Assembly: GCF_006345805.1 (NCBI RefSeq)
Contig: NC_043011.1
Location: 53,642,464-53,706,463, forward strand
Reading direction: 5' to 3'
Length of the DNA stretch: 64,000 nt
From: Octopus sinensis
Taxonomy: Eukaryota
Positions 63,380-64,000 of the stretch are shown one piece after another. The translations under genes were made by a program, and so were the position numbers. The notes beneath the pieces are model-generated. The model did not search any database, was not told where the DNA came from, and saw only the letters and a list, made by a program, of their open reading frames with translations. Position 1 is the stretch's first letter. The number at the start of each line of letters is the position of its first letter.

Positions 63380-64000
63380 AAGAGTAAGTTTATATCATAG
63401 AACCTGGGGCACTCTCAGGCAGGTTGGTATCCAAAGGGTTAAGAGAGAAATATCAATAAAATGCCAGTTTTTGTGTTGTATGTTATTGAGTACAAAAATG
63501 CATTTTTGGTGCTATGACAAAAACCTTGCCTTCTTGAAAATCCTGCCATAATGCAGAATTCTTTAATGCAAAACTCATTTTCTTTTCACTGCCTTCCATG
63601 TTACATGGAAATCTATTAGGAACACACATGTGTTTTGTGTTACAGGAAGATTTTGAGGAATGTGATGCTTCTGTAATGCAGAAGATGGCAGTGTAAGTTT
63701 CCACAGCAAGTTTTATCGTGGATTTAATCAAATTTTAACTGTCGTTTATTTTATTATTGCTGAAGGGTGGAAAGATAATGTTAAGATTTGAACTCACACT
63801 CTTAAGAGAGAAATAGCTACTGCAAAACATTCCATCTGGCACTCTGCCAATTCTACTGCATTATATATGTAACAACCTTTCACTGTGGGCGAAGATAATA
63901 AAACCAAAATACCATTAATCTCTTTGAATGTTTTCCCAACATGGCAAGCCAGATAATAAAATCTTTGTTCTCATGTCTGATACAGTGCGAGGTTGTCACA

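Overview
AT-rich, CpG-depleted eukaryotic DNA, most likely from an octopus; this is inferred from the SINE and MITE families and the gene structure, not from a database search. The only well-supported gene is the 3' half of an ARID1A/ARID1B (Drosophila osa) ortholog on the + strand. I reconstructed five GT-AG exons: 8076-8458, 12732-12839, 15954-16174, 23316-23442 and 27003-29176. They join in one frame to give about 1003 C-terminal residues ending in the BAF250_C domain; two of them are missing from the ORF track. The rest is intron, a probable long 3' UTR, and a dense nested mix of mobile DNA: tRNA-derived SINEs, an RTE-related retroposon, TTAA (piggyBac-type), hAT and mariner MITEs, and fragments of CR1, RTE, R4/Dong-like and Penelope-like retroelements. 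Almost all other ORFs in the track are microsatellite or repeat artefacts. There is no CRISPR array, rRNA or true tRNA, and I found no clearly new multi-gene system. The best leads are: (i) candidate stop-containing (poison) cassette exons in a SINE-free, TGCATG-rich ARID1 intron; (ii) non-canonical minimal hammerhead-ribozyme-like motifs in Penelope-like remnants; (iii) a ~435-bp foldback element; (iv) a SINE flanked by a perfect 20-bp inverted rather than direct duplication; (v) two possible exons of a downstream + strand gene. Repeat boundaries were read by eye and are approximate.
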